A DNA stretch of 64,000 bases from Aplysia californica (taxonomy: Eukaryota): assembly GCF_000002075.1 (NCBI RefSeq), contig NW_004797760.1:401993-465992 (forward strand), given 5' to 3'. Both the position numbers and the translations under genes were made by a program. Below, in pieces: positions 12,988 to 26,343 of this stretch (its first letter is position 1; every line of letters begins with the position of its first letter). The notes under the pieces were generated by a model. That model was not told the DNA's origin, did no database searches, and saw only the letters and a list, made by a program, of their open reading frames with translations.

Positions 12988-14199
12988 GAGTTCTTATCTT
13001 CAAGTTAGATAATAATCGATGTTAAAGGAAAATCGGGACTTGTTTTTCTTGTTCTTTCACGTTCATTGTATGCATGCGTTCTTACCGTAGTCATTTCTCA
13101 ACTAGTGTCTGTTTTGTTGCTAACAAAGAGGTTTAAAAAGGGATGCTAACGGATAACCTGAAAATTCTAAGCTGCACCCCCCCCCCCCCCCACCTAAAAA
13201 ACCCCTACAACAATAATAGAAAAAATTAAAAATTTGAAAGTTGTATTTTCATCTTGGGAAGCATACAGTGCAAGCTGTGGATTGCACACGCTCAAAAACA
13301 ACAAACCGAAGATCTTTCGCTGTATATAGCCGGGTGCTCATTTTCATCTGGTTGAAATGAAGAAAATTCGAAGTGCCTTTCTCAAGGACACAGCGTCTAG
13401 TCCATGACCGGATTCGAACCCACGGCCTTACGGTTGCGAGTCTAAGATCTTGTCCACTAGGACTAGGCCACCGAAGCCAAGTACTCCCCTAACCCTGTTT
13501 GTTTGTTTTTTATTTTTAAAATTTTTATTATTTCTTTTGTTTGTTTGTTTGTTGTTGTTGTTGTTTTTTTTTGTTTTTTTTTGGGGGGGGGGGTGTATTA
13601 AGTGTTTTACGGTGCTCGCAACTGTATAAGGTCATATGAAAGCGCGGGACATGTAAAATATTTTCAGTTGGGAGAACATTTTGAATTTTGCTCGGGTGGC
13701 AGCCGAAGCCTACTCGTATCGATTTTGGACCACCAAGGGATCTTTGACATGCTTAACTTGCACAGGGGAACTCCAAGATTTTTCGCCCTTATCTGAGAAG
13801 GTTAAGGGTTAGATCTTTCCTACCATAAGATCAGGGGTGTCGCTGAAAAACAGCAGTAAGAAAGGGCCAAGGAAGGAGTAGCAGCAGAAAGGCTGCAGAA
13901 AGAGTCAGGAGCCCAGAGGAGTGGGCAAAGGAGGTGAAGGGAGGGGGCAGAAAATGGGAACGAAAGCAGACGACAGAACTTTGTTAGAAAACAGGAAAAG
14001 TGTCGAAAGGAGAACATTTTAGAGAAGTACATTTTCCGTCGCTGTCCGGATTTGAACCTGGGACCTATTGAATGAGAGGCGAATACTGTAACCTCGAGAG
14101 CCTCCTATAGGCCTACCTTGTGTGTCTAGCTTACGATAATTATTGTTTATATTGCTGCTCATTTATATTATGCATGTGATTGTAAGCATACTTGTGTGT

Positions 14200-14255
<56 letters not shown>

Positions 14256-17200
14256 CTGCGTGTGTCTATATGTGGGTGTATGCGTGTGTTCACTATGAAC
14301 AGGTTTTCTCTATTAGATATGGCATCTTTTTAATGTCACTCAGAATTCAATGATAGTGATAATTCAAAATAGCCCAACATTTACTTCTATTAGAGTCTCA
14401 CTCGTTTTAAAAAGATATCCATATCAAATTTACCTCCAGCACTAATACAATTTGTCATTTCCCATCATACTTTTTCCTGTCTTCCTTCCCCAAGATGAGA
14501 AAACGCTACATCAGGGCACTATAAATGTCACTTTTTATCTTTAACACTATTTAGCTGTCTCCAACCCTGCGCCCTCCCCCTCCTCTTTCTCCCTCNNNNN
14601 NNNNNNNNNNNNNNNNNNNNNNNNNNNNNNNNNNNNNNNNNNNNNNNNNNNNNNNNNNNNNNNNNNNNNNNNNNNNNNNNNNNNNNNNNNNNNNNGTGTG
14701 TGTGTGTGTGTGTGTGTACATGTGGTGGAACACCAAACCAATGTGCCAGGATCTGGACAATAAAAAACATAAAAGATAACAAAGCACAAGTACAAAGTAA
14801 ACAAAATACAAAACAAAAACAAAAACAAAAACAGCCCCAAACTTTGCCTGCACGTGAGACATTTAGGTCGTTTTACCCGAATTTAAAGGAAAACTTTGAA
14901 ACTAGATCTAGTGCTTGTCATGGATGTAAATGAAGACCTCAAAAACACATGCATACCTGCCCCCACCCCACCCCTCACCCCCTCCCCATTATTTTCCCTT
15001 TCACCCCCAATACCACCGGTTCTGTTTTCATTTGTTTTTGTTTTAAATTTTAAAATGTGTGACCTACAATTTACTCAAAGAAAAAAATACTAAGTCTATG
15101 GCGTCGGTGGACTAGTGGTTAGGCTCTCGGACTCGCAACCGTAAGGTCGTGGGTTCGAATCCCGTCAGGGGCCTGACGTTGTGTCCTTGGGAAAGGCACT
15201 TTGCACAAATTTNNNNNNNNNNNNNNNNNNNNNNNNNNNNNNNNNNNNNNNNNNNNNNNNNNNNNNNNNNNNNNNNNNNNNNNNNNNNNNNNNNNNNNNN
15301 NNNNNNNNNNNNGATAGTGTTTGAGCGCGTGAAATCCGCAGCTTGCACTATATGCTTCCGCGGAAGCTGAGAATGTTTCGGAGTGTTCTATGGTCTGCTG
15401 GGGTAATAATATAGTGTAAAGCGCATAGAGCTTGCTGTTGAGCGGGGATATGCGCTATACAAATGCTATTTATTATTATTATTATTACTGTAAGGCCTTC
15501 TTTAAACGTATCGCGCGGTCTCATTATTTTGATGAAATAATCCCACTGTGTCCTTTCCACACTCAGTCAGAGTATCGACGTCGATAGCCAGGAGCCGATC
15601 CATGTCCCTGCACCCTCCGCCTTATGTGTCCTTCAGCACGCTGTTACCAGACCGTATTCATTCATCTTTCGCAATTAATTGCCTGTCACATTGCACCCCC
15701 CCCCCTTTTTTTGGTTGTTGTTGTTGTTGTTGCTTTTCGCAGATGTTAAAGATACTTTTACAGTATCCTTGTTGTTTACCCAAACTTCAATTACGAATAG
15801 GAAAGGAGGTGAAAGGAGACAATTTTAGAGAAGAAAATTTTTCGGTCGCTACACGGATGCGAACCCGGGACCTTGGAATGAAAGGCGAACACCTTAATCT
15901 CTGGGCCACAGGAGCCCCCGTGTCTCTCATTGAAGAAATATAAACTCTGTGAACATAAGCTAAGATCATAGAAATAAAAGGAGGTAATTGTTCTGCGCTG
16001 GCAGGTATACCATGTAGGCTATTCATCAAACTACGAAGCATCTAGTGGTAGTGGAACGGTAGCACAGTCCTTCTCCGAACTTCTCGCGACTATCGTCATC
16101 AATTTCAGACTCTGAGACGGAGTCCACAACTGTTGTTTTCTTTGCCTTGGTTCTGGTGGGAACAGAAGGCCTTCCTGTTCCTTTTCCTTTTCCTTTTTTC
16201 CTTTTCTTCTTCTCCTCCTCCTCCTCTGTTATTCTTTGAGTGAATGTACTCAAAACTGGTCAAACTTTCGCCATACTGGCGTTTAACAGTTTTCCGGTTG
16301 GTTTTTTCTCTCTTGGCTTGTAACATAGGGGACATTTTTTAAATAAAAAAGTAAAAAGTCCTTTATGCTGGGCCTGGTTGCTGGTTCCACTGGGGTCACT
16401 GGCCTCAACGGTGCAGGTGTTATTGAGGTTGATGGCATCCCATTGTACCAGGCTGCACAGCTGCGATTGCATTCTGCATTGTCTCCTTGCTGTATGGCGC
16501 TCTCTTCTTTACATAATTCCTCAACATTCTGTAAAAAAAATAGTCAAAATTGTTATAAATTCATGCTCAACATTATCTGGGGGTAAATCCACCCACCAGG
16601 TGGGTGGAATTGCCCCAATGTAATAATGAAGTTTAATGGCCAACATTTTACTTGTAGGTTGCTATGAATGAACTAACAGGAGGTAAAATACTTAAGAGAA
16701 GATCATAACTTACAATCAATGCGAAGAAAGTATGGTTGTGAAAATCCACCCACCAAGTGGGTGGATTTACCCCAACTCTACTATGTAGATCCATGACCAT
16801 AACAGAAGAATTTTCTTCTATAATGGCTTTATTGGTGCATAAAATGAAGACAAATAAACACTTCATTGATTTTAAAAGATACTTTAGACTTTCATCCACC
16901 ATAAATACACAAGGTCTAGCATCAAAAAGTACGTTAGGTCTACTTACTTTGCTGATGCTTGAGGATGCTCTTTGAGAAGGCTGCTGTTCAACATCCACAG
17001 GTTCAAAAGTAGATGAAATAGGAAAAGGAAGTCCAGGGGATGTAACTCAATAATCATGAGTGGCAAAACTCTCCTCAAATGACTTGCGGAGTTTTGTCCC
17101 TTAAAATTGTCCAAAGTGGGTGGAATTACCCCGTGGGTGGAATTGCCCCGGTTCACCCTATTAGTAGGACAAAAAATGGTCACCCTTCTATTGCACACAC

Positions 17201-18521
17201 TCGGTTGTGACCAAAGACTTAAAGAGGGGGGGTTGGTTGTGACACAAGAGTCTTTTAATGTTATAAGTATTTCACAGACTCAACCAGAAGAAGTGATAGC
17301 AATAGTTTTTCTATGTCAGCTGTGTGCACCTGGGAGAGGTTGCAATACTGTATGTATGTCTTGGTGGAACTGGAATTACTAAATGAGGCCGATTCGTAGG
17401 AAAAGATGGTTACTGCCAGATAAAAATCGTTTAATCAGCACTCTTTAACAAAATCTCTTCTTTTGTGTTTGATGGTGGGAAAATGCAAGTTCTGTTAATA
17501 TTCATTGCAATGCTATGAGAGCAACCATGTTTCCATACTTAAAATTTGTGAGTAAAGTTTAAGTGTAAGGGTTTAACTTAACGCTACTATCAAAGCTAAT
17601 TAGCTTATTTAAAGGTGGGACCTCCGAATTTAATGCGTCTTCGATATGACCCCGCCAAATGGGTTGGGAGCCTTGAAAACTCCACAAAATGATCTGAATC
17701 GAGAGCACTCAGTCTGAGATTCCAATCCGGGCCATCCTCTCCGAAGTTCAGCATGATACCAACTAAGGTAACGGAGTGCCCCAGCATTTCAGCATGGGCA
17801 CTCATTTGTCATGAGAGTCCTATTGTAGCACTTGATGTATAAGTCCAAGTGAGATTAGCCCTAAGGTCAGCTGTCATTGAATTGATTTTATTCTATGTTC
17901 CCTTTCTTTTTTTTTTGTCAGAAGCTTTTTACACAGCTGTGCCAGACCAGTTTAAAAAAAATAGTTTTAGTAAGTATTTTACAGCACTTGCATCACAATA
18001 AGGTCATATTAGTGCAGAAGAAGATTAGAGGTGTTACAAGAGAGTAACAAACACAAAAAAAGAAGGAAGGGAGATAGAACGATAGAAGTTTGATAGGAAA
18101 AAAGAAGCAAACCATACCAGAGCACTCGCCAACCACCCACTGTGCCAGACTAGTGAGTTACAAATGAAGAAAGGTTGTATGAAAAAGCGGGTGACATCAC
18201 AAATTGGTATTCACGAGGTTATAAATTCTAACAGCTTGTACTTGTAGACTCACAACTGCATGTCTGTTCAAATGCTCATTGATTACATACTATTTTTGAC
18301 TTCCCATTCAACCAACAAGAGCAATAAACCATCAGTCAATGAGAAATTTACGAGACTACAAAACTACACGTACAAGCTTTTCAAATCGATATCATCATGA
18401 TTTCCAGTTTGTGACTACGCCTGACTCCCACTGAACCCTTCAGATTGAAGCTGTTGTTGGAAGAGAGCTGCACTTACCGTACTTGGTAAAGTAGGAACAA
18501 TAGAAAGAAATTTAAGTCCAT
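11713..18521 (-). CDS. Putative 5' coding exons of the sulfotransferase: 18478-18521 (MDLNFFLLFLLYQVR) and micro-exon 11713-11741 (FHKRIMTSVG)
   Basis: Both end in gtaagt, and the micro-exon has a tttcttgccag acceptor. Phases chain 2->1->0 into exons 8455-8498 and 5926-7044 with no stop and give a hydrophobic N-terminus, as expected of a Golgi type II enzyme. No homology support. Confidence 0.45.
12560..12950 (-). mobile_element. Short retroposon family B (~380 bp) with I/Nimb-like 3' stem-loop tail
   Basis: Homologous to 23288-23645 and 45493-45878. Ends in GCGCTCATATGACCTTATGCAGTTGCGAGCGCCGTAAAAC-like tail. Confidence 0.7.
13255..13478 (-). mobile_element. CORE-like SINE family 1, partial copy
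   Basis: Reverse complement of the head (GGATTCGAACCC on +) and core. Confidence 0.7.
13598..14105 (-). mobile_element. tRNA(Glu-like)-headed SINE family C carrying the same 3' tail as families A and B
   Basis: Head at about 14030-14105 matches heads at 15805-15920 (-) and 62342-62450 (+). Tail at 13600-13645 matches the shared tail. Confidence 0.55.
15100..15487 (+). mobile_element. CORE-like SINE family 1, near full length (contains an N gap)
   Basis: GGCGTCGGTGGACTAGTGGTTAGG A box, GGTTCGAATCCC B box, tail GCGCTATACAAAT...(TTA)n. Confidence 0.85.
15805..15920 (-). mobile_element. SINE family C head fragment
   Basis: On -: GGGGCTCCTGTGGCCCAGAGATTAAGG...CTTTCA...CCCGGGTTCGCATCC followed by family-specific body sequence. 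Confidence 0.6.
16030..17160 (-). mobile_element. DNA transposon remnant (possibly pogo-like), one terminus plus decayed C-terminal coding fragment
   Basis: Terminus AGGGTGAACCGGGGCAATTCCACCCACGGGGTAATTCCACCCAC on -, with repeated subterminal TCCACCCAC motifs (16587-16615, 16745-16772, 17116-17150). Lys/Glu-rich frameshifted fragment KRQYGESLT...EEEEKKKRKK. Confidence 0.45.
17960..18140 (-). mobile_element. Short retroposon family A (~180 bp), copy with TSD
   Basis: 5' end GTGGGTGGTTGGCG; shared 3' tail; flanking direct repeat TGTGCCAGAC(C/T)AGT. Confidence 0.8.
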
Positions 18522-19325
18522 TTAAACCGAAGTCTACGGGGCTGCTGGGTTTTCTGCAGTTTTGCTGGGTTTTCCTCGATTTAACCGGGTTTTTTTTGTT
18601 TTTGTTTTGTTTTGTTTGTTTTTTTCGGGGGNNNNNNNNNNNNNNNNNNNNNNNNNNNNNNNNNNNNNNNNNNNNNNNNNNNNNNNNNNNNNNNNNNNNN
18701 NNNNNNNNNNNNNNNNNNNNNNNNNNNNNNNACACACACATACACACACACTTTCTCTCTCACACACGCACACGTACACGCAAACATGCACGCGCACGCA
18801 AACATGCACACACACGCGCAGAAATGCACGCGCACACAAACCCACACAAACACACACGCATGAATGCATTATATCAATTATTCTCCCTTTTCACCATCGC
18901 CCCCTCGAACTTCGCCTTCACAATACCACAGAACCAATATAAGCTTCATTTGCTCCAGTAATCAATTCCTAGAGAAAAGAACCAATCAAGGGTTCAAATG
19001 AAATTTCATACAATTTCAAAGCTGGGATCATCGTACGACTTGGATAAAGAGCGCAACATGTTGAAGTGAGAGGCAACACGTACATCAACATATAAATGAA
19101 TACAAATGGGGAGGTAAGGAGGGGGGGGGGTTAGAGAAGTTGCTTCAATATAAAAAGAAAAAAAATCTGGGGTTTTACTTTCTTCGATTCAGCCGGGTTT
19201 TCAATTTAGAGAGGTTCATCATACATGTATAAATGAAAAAAAAAGGGGAGGGCTTTCATTTGGTATACATGTATGTACCATTGTTTTTGGAATTAAGCGT
19301 GTTCGATTTAAGAGGATTCCGTAGA

Positions 19326-20083
19326 CAGTCCGTGCCGGTCTTAAGCACGATGGAGTCACACACACGCGGAGAGGAAGGCAGAGATGCATACAGTTACAGC
19401 CTCGCGCGTGGACATAGGATCTAGCCTAGGGCAAAAATACTCACAGACAAAAAAAAAAATGCAAAGAGAGTCAGGGGGACGAGAAAAGGAGGCAGGCTGT
19501 GATTTCATCTTATTGCCCCGCGCTATCCGACAATCCTGATTTGGTACCACGCACGAGGAGGGATCAAAGACCGTNNNNNNNNNNNNNNNNNNNNNNNNNN
19601 NNNNNNNNNNNNNNNNNNNNNNNNNNNNNNNNNNNNNNNNNNNNNNNNNNNNNNNNNNNNNNNNNNNNNNNNNNNNNNNNNNNNNNNNNNNNNNNNNNNN
19701 NNNNNNNNNNNNNNNNNNNNNNNNNNNNNNNNNNNNNNNNNNNNNNNNNNNNNNGGAGATGGAGGCAGAGGTATGAATGTGGTACAGCGGGCAGTGGTAC
19801 GCACAGGCAATGTGTAGGCCTCGTGTGCTGTATCGTGACAGGCGGTCTAAATTAAGTTTTCATTTCCTATTCGACCACAAAACAAAACAAACAAATGAAA
19901 ACTACCAATCATGGCGGGTAAAAATAAGAGTGCACACTTAGGCCCACTTACAAAGGGAAATAGCACAGGAAACGTTCTATATGAAAATCTCTGGATTATA
20001 TCTACTTCACACTCAAGCACGTTTCGGCATTAAGCACGCTCATGCTTTCTCCCGATGACCGTGCTTAAAGCCGTCATGGACTG
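19326..20083. mobile_element. Tc1/mariner-type non-autonomous element (contains an N gap)
   Basis: Imperfect ~25-bp TIRs CAGTCCRTGMCGGYYTTAAGCACG; TA after the right end. Confidence 0.6.
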
Positions 20084-21608
20084 TATAATATAATTGGCCA
20101 GCTGTTCAAATTCAATTGTACTGCGCTCAAAATTTTGAATTGAAAAAAATATAGCAGTTTCTCAGTTCTGAACCTTTGGTATCAGTCAGTTGCATGCGCT
20201 CAAAAAATGATTTGTCCAAATTCAGAGTCTAAATATTGTTAAAAGCAAGAAAATATTCGTAGTGTAGGTGCAATTGTTAAAATTAAAAGAATGACACCGT
20301 ATTTTTCTCCGACTCTGAAAAAGATTTGCTGTCTGGTCTTAGAACATTTCAACAGCTCACAGATAGCATATAAAAAAAACACGTTTTTTTTCCGTCCCTA
20401 TTGACAGAATTTAGGTCACTTAGGAGGCAGGCATCAGCCATGTCTGTCAGGGCCAACCAGCACAAAGCTGAGAGGTATACAACAACCCAGCAGAAAGACC
20501 GAGATACTCAATTAAAATTCTCCCCACTCGTGTCTCCTGCTAGCAACAGTGAAGTTCTTAACTGTTACACCACAGACGCCAGTCCACTGTATATCAAAAT
20601 GAAGATAGATAAAAGAATTAAGAAAGAGATGATGTATAAATCAGGAAAAGAAATTGCACTGAACAGGTCTATTATTATTTTTTTCAAAAAGCGTCTGTTT
20701 ATGATGGGAGATAATACCAAATCAAAGATAAGAATTAAGATTGGCACAGGCGGAGCACTGTCAATCATTGATGTATTGTGGATTGGTACAGACAGAGTAA
20801 AGAAACAACATTTTTTCATGCTGTCTGAATATGACTATGACATGTCCTTTCACCCTGAGCACACAAATGGGAGCAAAACCAAATCATCATTGCAAAGAAA
20901 TGTGAAAATTTATTCATTTGTCTGCACATGACAAGGCAGAATATCAGCGAGCCCCTCTGGCAGTATGTTCAGTGTACATAACACAAAGACAAGTCTCACA
21001 TAGACCTTCCAATGCATTGACTCAATTACCATCCTGACATCTCCGACATATTTCTTAATCTAATACTTATAGTAAATCAGCACAGAGATATAAGGAAAAG
21101 GGAATACCTGAAATTGGTCATACATATAAAAAGTATTGCTAGTGTTAATGATTTTAAAATTGTAGTGCCCTCTAGTCGAAGATTAAACAAGAAACTCCAT
21201 CTCTCCCTCTCTTTCCATACCCTCCCCATGTCGCACTACTTACATACACACACCATTGAAAAACCCATATATATGTATAATAATAATAGCATAACTCTAA
21301 AGCAGGAACTGTAAATGAGAAGTTCATAACAGGTTTCAAGTTTATCTATTGCTATTGTTTTTAATTCGGCGTCATATAAAAGTCACCACGACTTAATTTC
21401 AAACCAGTTGCACTCTGCTGATAAAGAGATAATGCCTCAGCCTGCATATCATTCTGCCATTCTGCATTCACACATCAAATTGACACACACAAGACCAAAC
21501 ACACAGTATAAAATTTGCAAAGCAAAATGAATCACAAAGCCTAAGAGATACATACACACACACGCACACACACACAATATATATATATATAAATACAGCT
21601 AAGTACTT

Positions 21609-24600
21609 TTAACTCTCCTCCTCCATGTCTAGGTTGATGTTGTTGCCAAACTTGGCGTAGAGGGCAGTCTTCAGCTCACTCAAGGTGTCCTTGAAGCCTT
21701 CTGCCTTGGCCTTGAGGCCGTCTATTTCCTGCTGGCACAGCTCCTTGGCCTTCTCCAGCTCTGCCTGGGCCTCCTCCATCGTCATCTCCACCAGCACTTC
21801 GCCAATTTGATATGTACGTAGAGTTAAGAAACAACACCCTTGCTGGTTTATTCCAGTTCTAGTCTAAGGCTCAACTATTTGACTAATGAAANNNNNNNNN
21901 NNNNNNNNNNNNNNNNNNNNNNNNNNNNNNNNNNNNNNNNNNNNNNNNNNNNNNNNNNNNNNNNNNNNNNNNNNNNNNNNNNNNNNNNNNNNNNNNNNNN
22001 NNNNNNNNNNNNNNNNNNNNNNNNNNNNNNNNNNNNNNNNNNNNNNNNNNNNNNNNNNNNNNNNNNNNNNNNNNNNNNNNNNNNNNNNNNNNNNNNNNNN
22101 NNNNNNNNNNNNNNNNNNNNNNNNNNNNNNNNNNNNNNNNNNNNNNNNNNNNNNNNNNNNNNNNNNNNNNNNNNNNNNNNNNNNNNNNNNNNNNNNNNNN
22201 NNNNNNNNATACTTCTCCAAATATTCCTATTGCTAGGTCTATCTTAATACAATAATACATTCATAACAACAATGGGAAATTGAAAATTGTGGGGGTGAAA
22301 AAAACAAGTATGCAGAAGAATCATAAGATATTCCTGTGGGATGAGTTCTCTCAAATCTCATAAACCCAGTTTTCATTTTGCAAAGCCCTCCCTTGGGAAA
22401 GACCTACTTGTGCAATATTGCAAGAGCCCCGATAGATAACTACAGTGGAGTCCACTTATAACGAGTCCTGAAACAACGAGAAGTCTGTTATAAAGACACT
22501 ATTCTAAAAACCCCTTTTTTCTCCTTCTTTATCTTTGTAAATAAAATACTGCTATAGCGCAATCAGACAGTCACGGTTATAGCGGAATACTGCTGCTGCA
22601 CAGACCAATTAAACATTATTATAAAACCTTGCCAGTTGAGAAAGTTGTTGGTAATCCAGCGAAACAAAGAATGGGAGAGCCCACACGAATCAACAATGTA
22701 GGCCGGAGCGAATGAGTGGGGAGGGTGTGGCATGCACAGACAAGCAGAACGCATCGCGTGATAGGCCAGCCCAGTCTAGATTATCTAGGCATATCGTGCC
22801 TCTCACTTCTCTGGTGTGGGATGGAGAGGTCACAATGCTATGATATGGATGGAGTGAATGTGTGACGTGCGCAAGCAGACGCAATGCACCACAGTGTGTG
22901 GTGGGGTGGGGGATAACACAGCGGGCGAGTCAGCCTTGAGCCAGAGCCCCTTCTCCCTGAACGCCAAGGCCGATACGTCAACATTGCTAGTGTTAGAGAA
23001 AGAAACCTGATTCGATTTTTGATCAAGTAAGACGTTGAGATCATGTTGAAAAAATCATCATCAGGGGAAATACAAAAAGGAATAAACAGAACGCCAAACT
23101 CATAGATTAGGCCTACTTTACTATTTCCCTTGAATTTATTATTGGATCCCTTGTAACGAGAATTCTGCTATAGCGGACCTTTTGCACCGGTCCCCTCCCT
23201 CTCGTTATAACAGGATTCCAGTGTACATGATGCAGCACATTGTTTCCATCATTGTTCATTGACGGATATAAAGTTTTTATATATTATAGTAGAGGGTTCT
23301 ACGGTGTTCGCAACTGCATGAGGTCATATGAGCGCCAAGGGGTGGATGTCAACAGAGAAGTCTTCACAGGGAATCAGACTTAGACTGCTCACCTCTCTAG
23401 CACAAGGTCTGCTTAGACCATCAAGGCATCTCAAAATAGAAGGTCACAAGAGAGTGACAAACATGCAAAAGAAGTAGAGGGAAATGACAATAGTAAGGAT
23501 CAGGAAAGTAAAAGCAGCAGTTCCCTGTTGTAGATCAGGCACAGTTATGAGCGTGACATGAGTCAGCCCATTTACAATTCTACTATGCTTGAACGAGAAA
23601 TGTCCCCCCTTTGGGAATGGCCTAAAGACACTCAGTCAGCACCTGCTACTCTATATGGCCTATCTCAATGTGATATATAACAATTCAAACTGTGTTCTCA
23701 ACATGAAAGATAGTTGATAAATAAAACAGATCTGAACAAAATAGATGAATGCTATACATGTATAAGAAAGGATATGGTACACACTCGTCCCCTTCTGCCA
23801 TCATCAACTCATCTTCTGCATCCGTGAGGTTTTGAAGCTCTTTCTGAAATTGATAAGAGTGAGGAGTAAGGTGAAATACAAAGATAATCATAGCATTACG
23901 AACAAGTATTTCTTAAGCTTAACTTTTGAAAATGTATTCTATTCACACGACAAAACCAATGATATGTGACACAAACAAAAAAAGATACAAAAACTAAGAA
24001 ATTTCAAGCTTACAAGAATGGACATAAAACATATATCACATACTACATGAAGGACATAACATCATTAAAAATTCTCATTTTTTGTGAAATTAGGCTAAAA
24101 CACTTCTCTGCCTTGATAAAATGTACACCACTCCTACAATAGTGGGAACAGCACTGGCATAGCATCAAAGTGCCTTTTTTCAAATCACAACCAAATTAGA
24201 ACACTACAAAAGATCTTTTAGTTTAGTTTTAGTAGAGGTTTTACGGTGCTCGCAACTGCATTTAAGGTCATATATGAGCGCCAGAAGATTAGAGGTGTTA
24301 CAAGAGAGTAACAAAAAAAAAAAAAAGAAGGGGAGATAAGGACGATAGATGTTTCATAGGAAAGAAGAAGCAAACCACACCAGAGCACCCGCCAACCACC
24401 CACGCAAAAAGATCTTTATACAGTGAAATCCCATTATACCGCCTGTCTTGGGTTGAGCCTGAAGTTGGCCGTATAGCCGGGCTGGCGGTATAATGGGACA
24501 GCACTGACTGCCATCTTGACTAGTGAAAGAGACTAGAGACAAATTATTGTGGCAAGTATAACGAGGTTTGATTGTACAGGGCAAGAGACAAGAAACACAG

Positions 24601-26264
24601 GTCTGATATTTGTACGGGATACAATGTGAGAGATAAAGAAACGACATTAAAGACATTTATTCAGCCCCATCGACAGACTGATTAATCGCAAAAGTGTAAA
24701 GTGCGTAACAAAAAAAAACAACTTAAAAAAATTCTTCTCAGCATCCCCCCACGATGCTGACTGTGAGCCTGCCTATACAATGACAAAATGACTCAAACAG
24801 ACTACATTGTGGGCAAATGGGAAAAAATAAACAAAAATGTTATAGGGTCAGGAGTGCTAATTTCGTCATGTTCACTCGTACACTTTGGGCTTTGGGTTTG
24901 AATGAAGGATTTGCAAGGCTAAACACACAGTGTTTCAGAACAGAGTTTATGAACAAAATGTGGACAGTCGTTCCAATTTCGTTGTGGAAGTTCCCATTCC
25001 TTCATTTTTCTTGTTGCAATTTTGTCGCATGTGTGTGACTGAATAGAAATCCAAACTGGAGCTACTTTTGATGTTCTTGGAAGGGAAGTTTATGACACAC
25101 AATACCAAGAGATGTTTAAATTTGTTACCTCTTTTGCTGCTAGTTCTTCCTTTGAATCTGTAAGACGAGCATTGGTTCGAGCAAAGACATTAATCTTTTG
25201 CTGGTCTTCAAATGTGACCTGGGCATCACTCTGAAATCAAGCCAATCATATTTAAAGCCATAAAAATAGGAACTCGATTAAAAAAAAAAGGTTACTAACT
25301 AACTGTACTAACAGCATTACAGGTTATATTACACGATAGCTAAACATATATGTATAGTACCGGTAGAGACGGACCAGTGGCGGGGAGCTTTTTAAATTTC
25401 AGGAGGAAGACAGAGTGGGCAGTTCTTTTTTTATAATCCTTCAGGTCACTTGGAAGTTCAAATCTGAAGCACTAAATGTGACTTGTCTGTGGGTGGCCAC
25501 AACACTGAACTTAACTTTCGGCATTTTAATAAAAATTTCAATTTTTTTATGTAGATGGAGGTGGTTGGACAGTCTGTAGCTGAGACTGCAAATGATAAAA
25601 TTCATATTACTTAACTCATAATTTGAAAACTGTATCCTATCATATAGTGTAATAATATAGTTTTAAATGAATGTGTAACCCCTTTAACTACTTGTCTTTT
25701 AAGGCGGATATAATATATTCACTCACTGACTACAGGGCCTTTTCACCGGTCACTAGTGCTGAATACTGGCATTTTTGGGAGTATTTTAAAACACAACCAC
25801 AACTCTCAGTCTCAGTATTACTATTACCCTATTGGGATTTCTTTTTTTTTACACAGCAATGAGTAAAGTTACATCCAAGCTTAATCTAATATAAAAAAAC
25901 GTAAGTTATCCAAGTCTAATAATTTAATTTTTACGATGAAAAAAAAATTGGCATGGATTTGATTTTCTGAAAAACTTTCAGAGAAGTGACAGACATATAA
26001 AGAGTTTCACAACGACAACAAAATAAAAGTTCAAGGTATTCTATTTTGATTTGTATGCATGTGTGAGTGTCTGGTGAAAACACAGTGGAAACCATATATA
26101 ATAACAGGCCCGATAATAACAGGGATTTTTCAAATCCCGGACTTTTCCTACTCTTTGTCTCTATTAAAAGTTATCAGCAATAACAGGGCCTCATCTGAGC
26201 CCAATCAGATATAGCCAGGGACAAAGGCTTGTTAACAAAGAGTAAAAAGTAAAAGAGAAAAAGG

Positions 26265-26343
<79 letters not shown>

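Larger units (their letters stand above)
21814..23775 (-). other. U12-type (minor spliceosome) AT-AC intron, PFDN4 intron 3
   Basis: 5' splice site ATATCCTTTC; branch site TTCTTAAC (21830-21823) ending 9 nt before the 3' end; 3' end TAC; no polypyrimidine tract. This junction restores VP|YQIG. Confidence 0.92.

Noticed and set aside
15100-15175. tRNA-like sequences (also near 10015, 15850, 52560, 62350)
   Set aside because: They have A/B boxes but imperfect cloverleaves and run straight into SINE bodies, so they are SINE heads, not tRNA genes.
20401-20931. 176-aa ORF on +
   Set aside because: TTG start, no recognisable motif, and it lies opposite the PFDN4 3' region. Probably a chance ORF.
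8613-22260. ORFs containing runs of X
   Set aside because: Artefacts of assembly gaps at 8683-9032, 14596-14695, 15213-15312, 18632-18731, 19575-19754 and 21892-22208.
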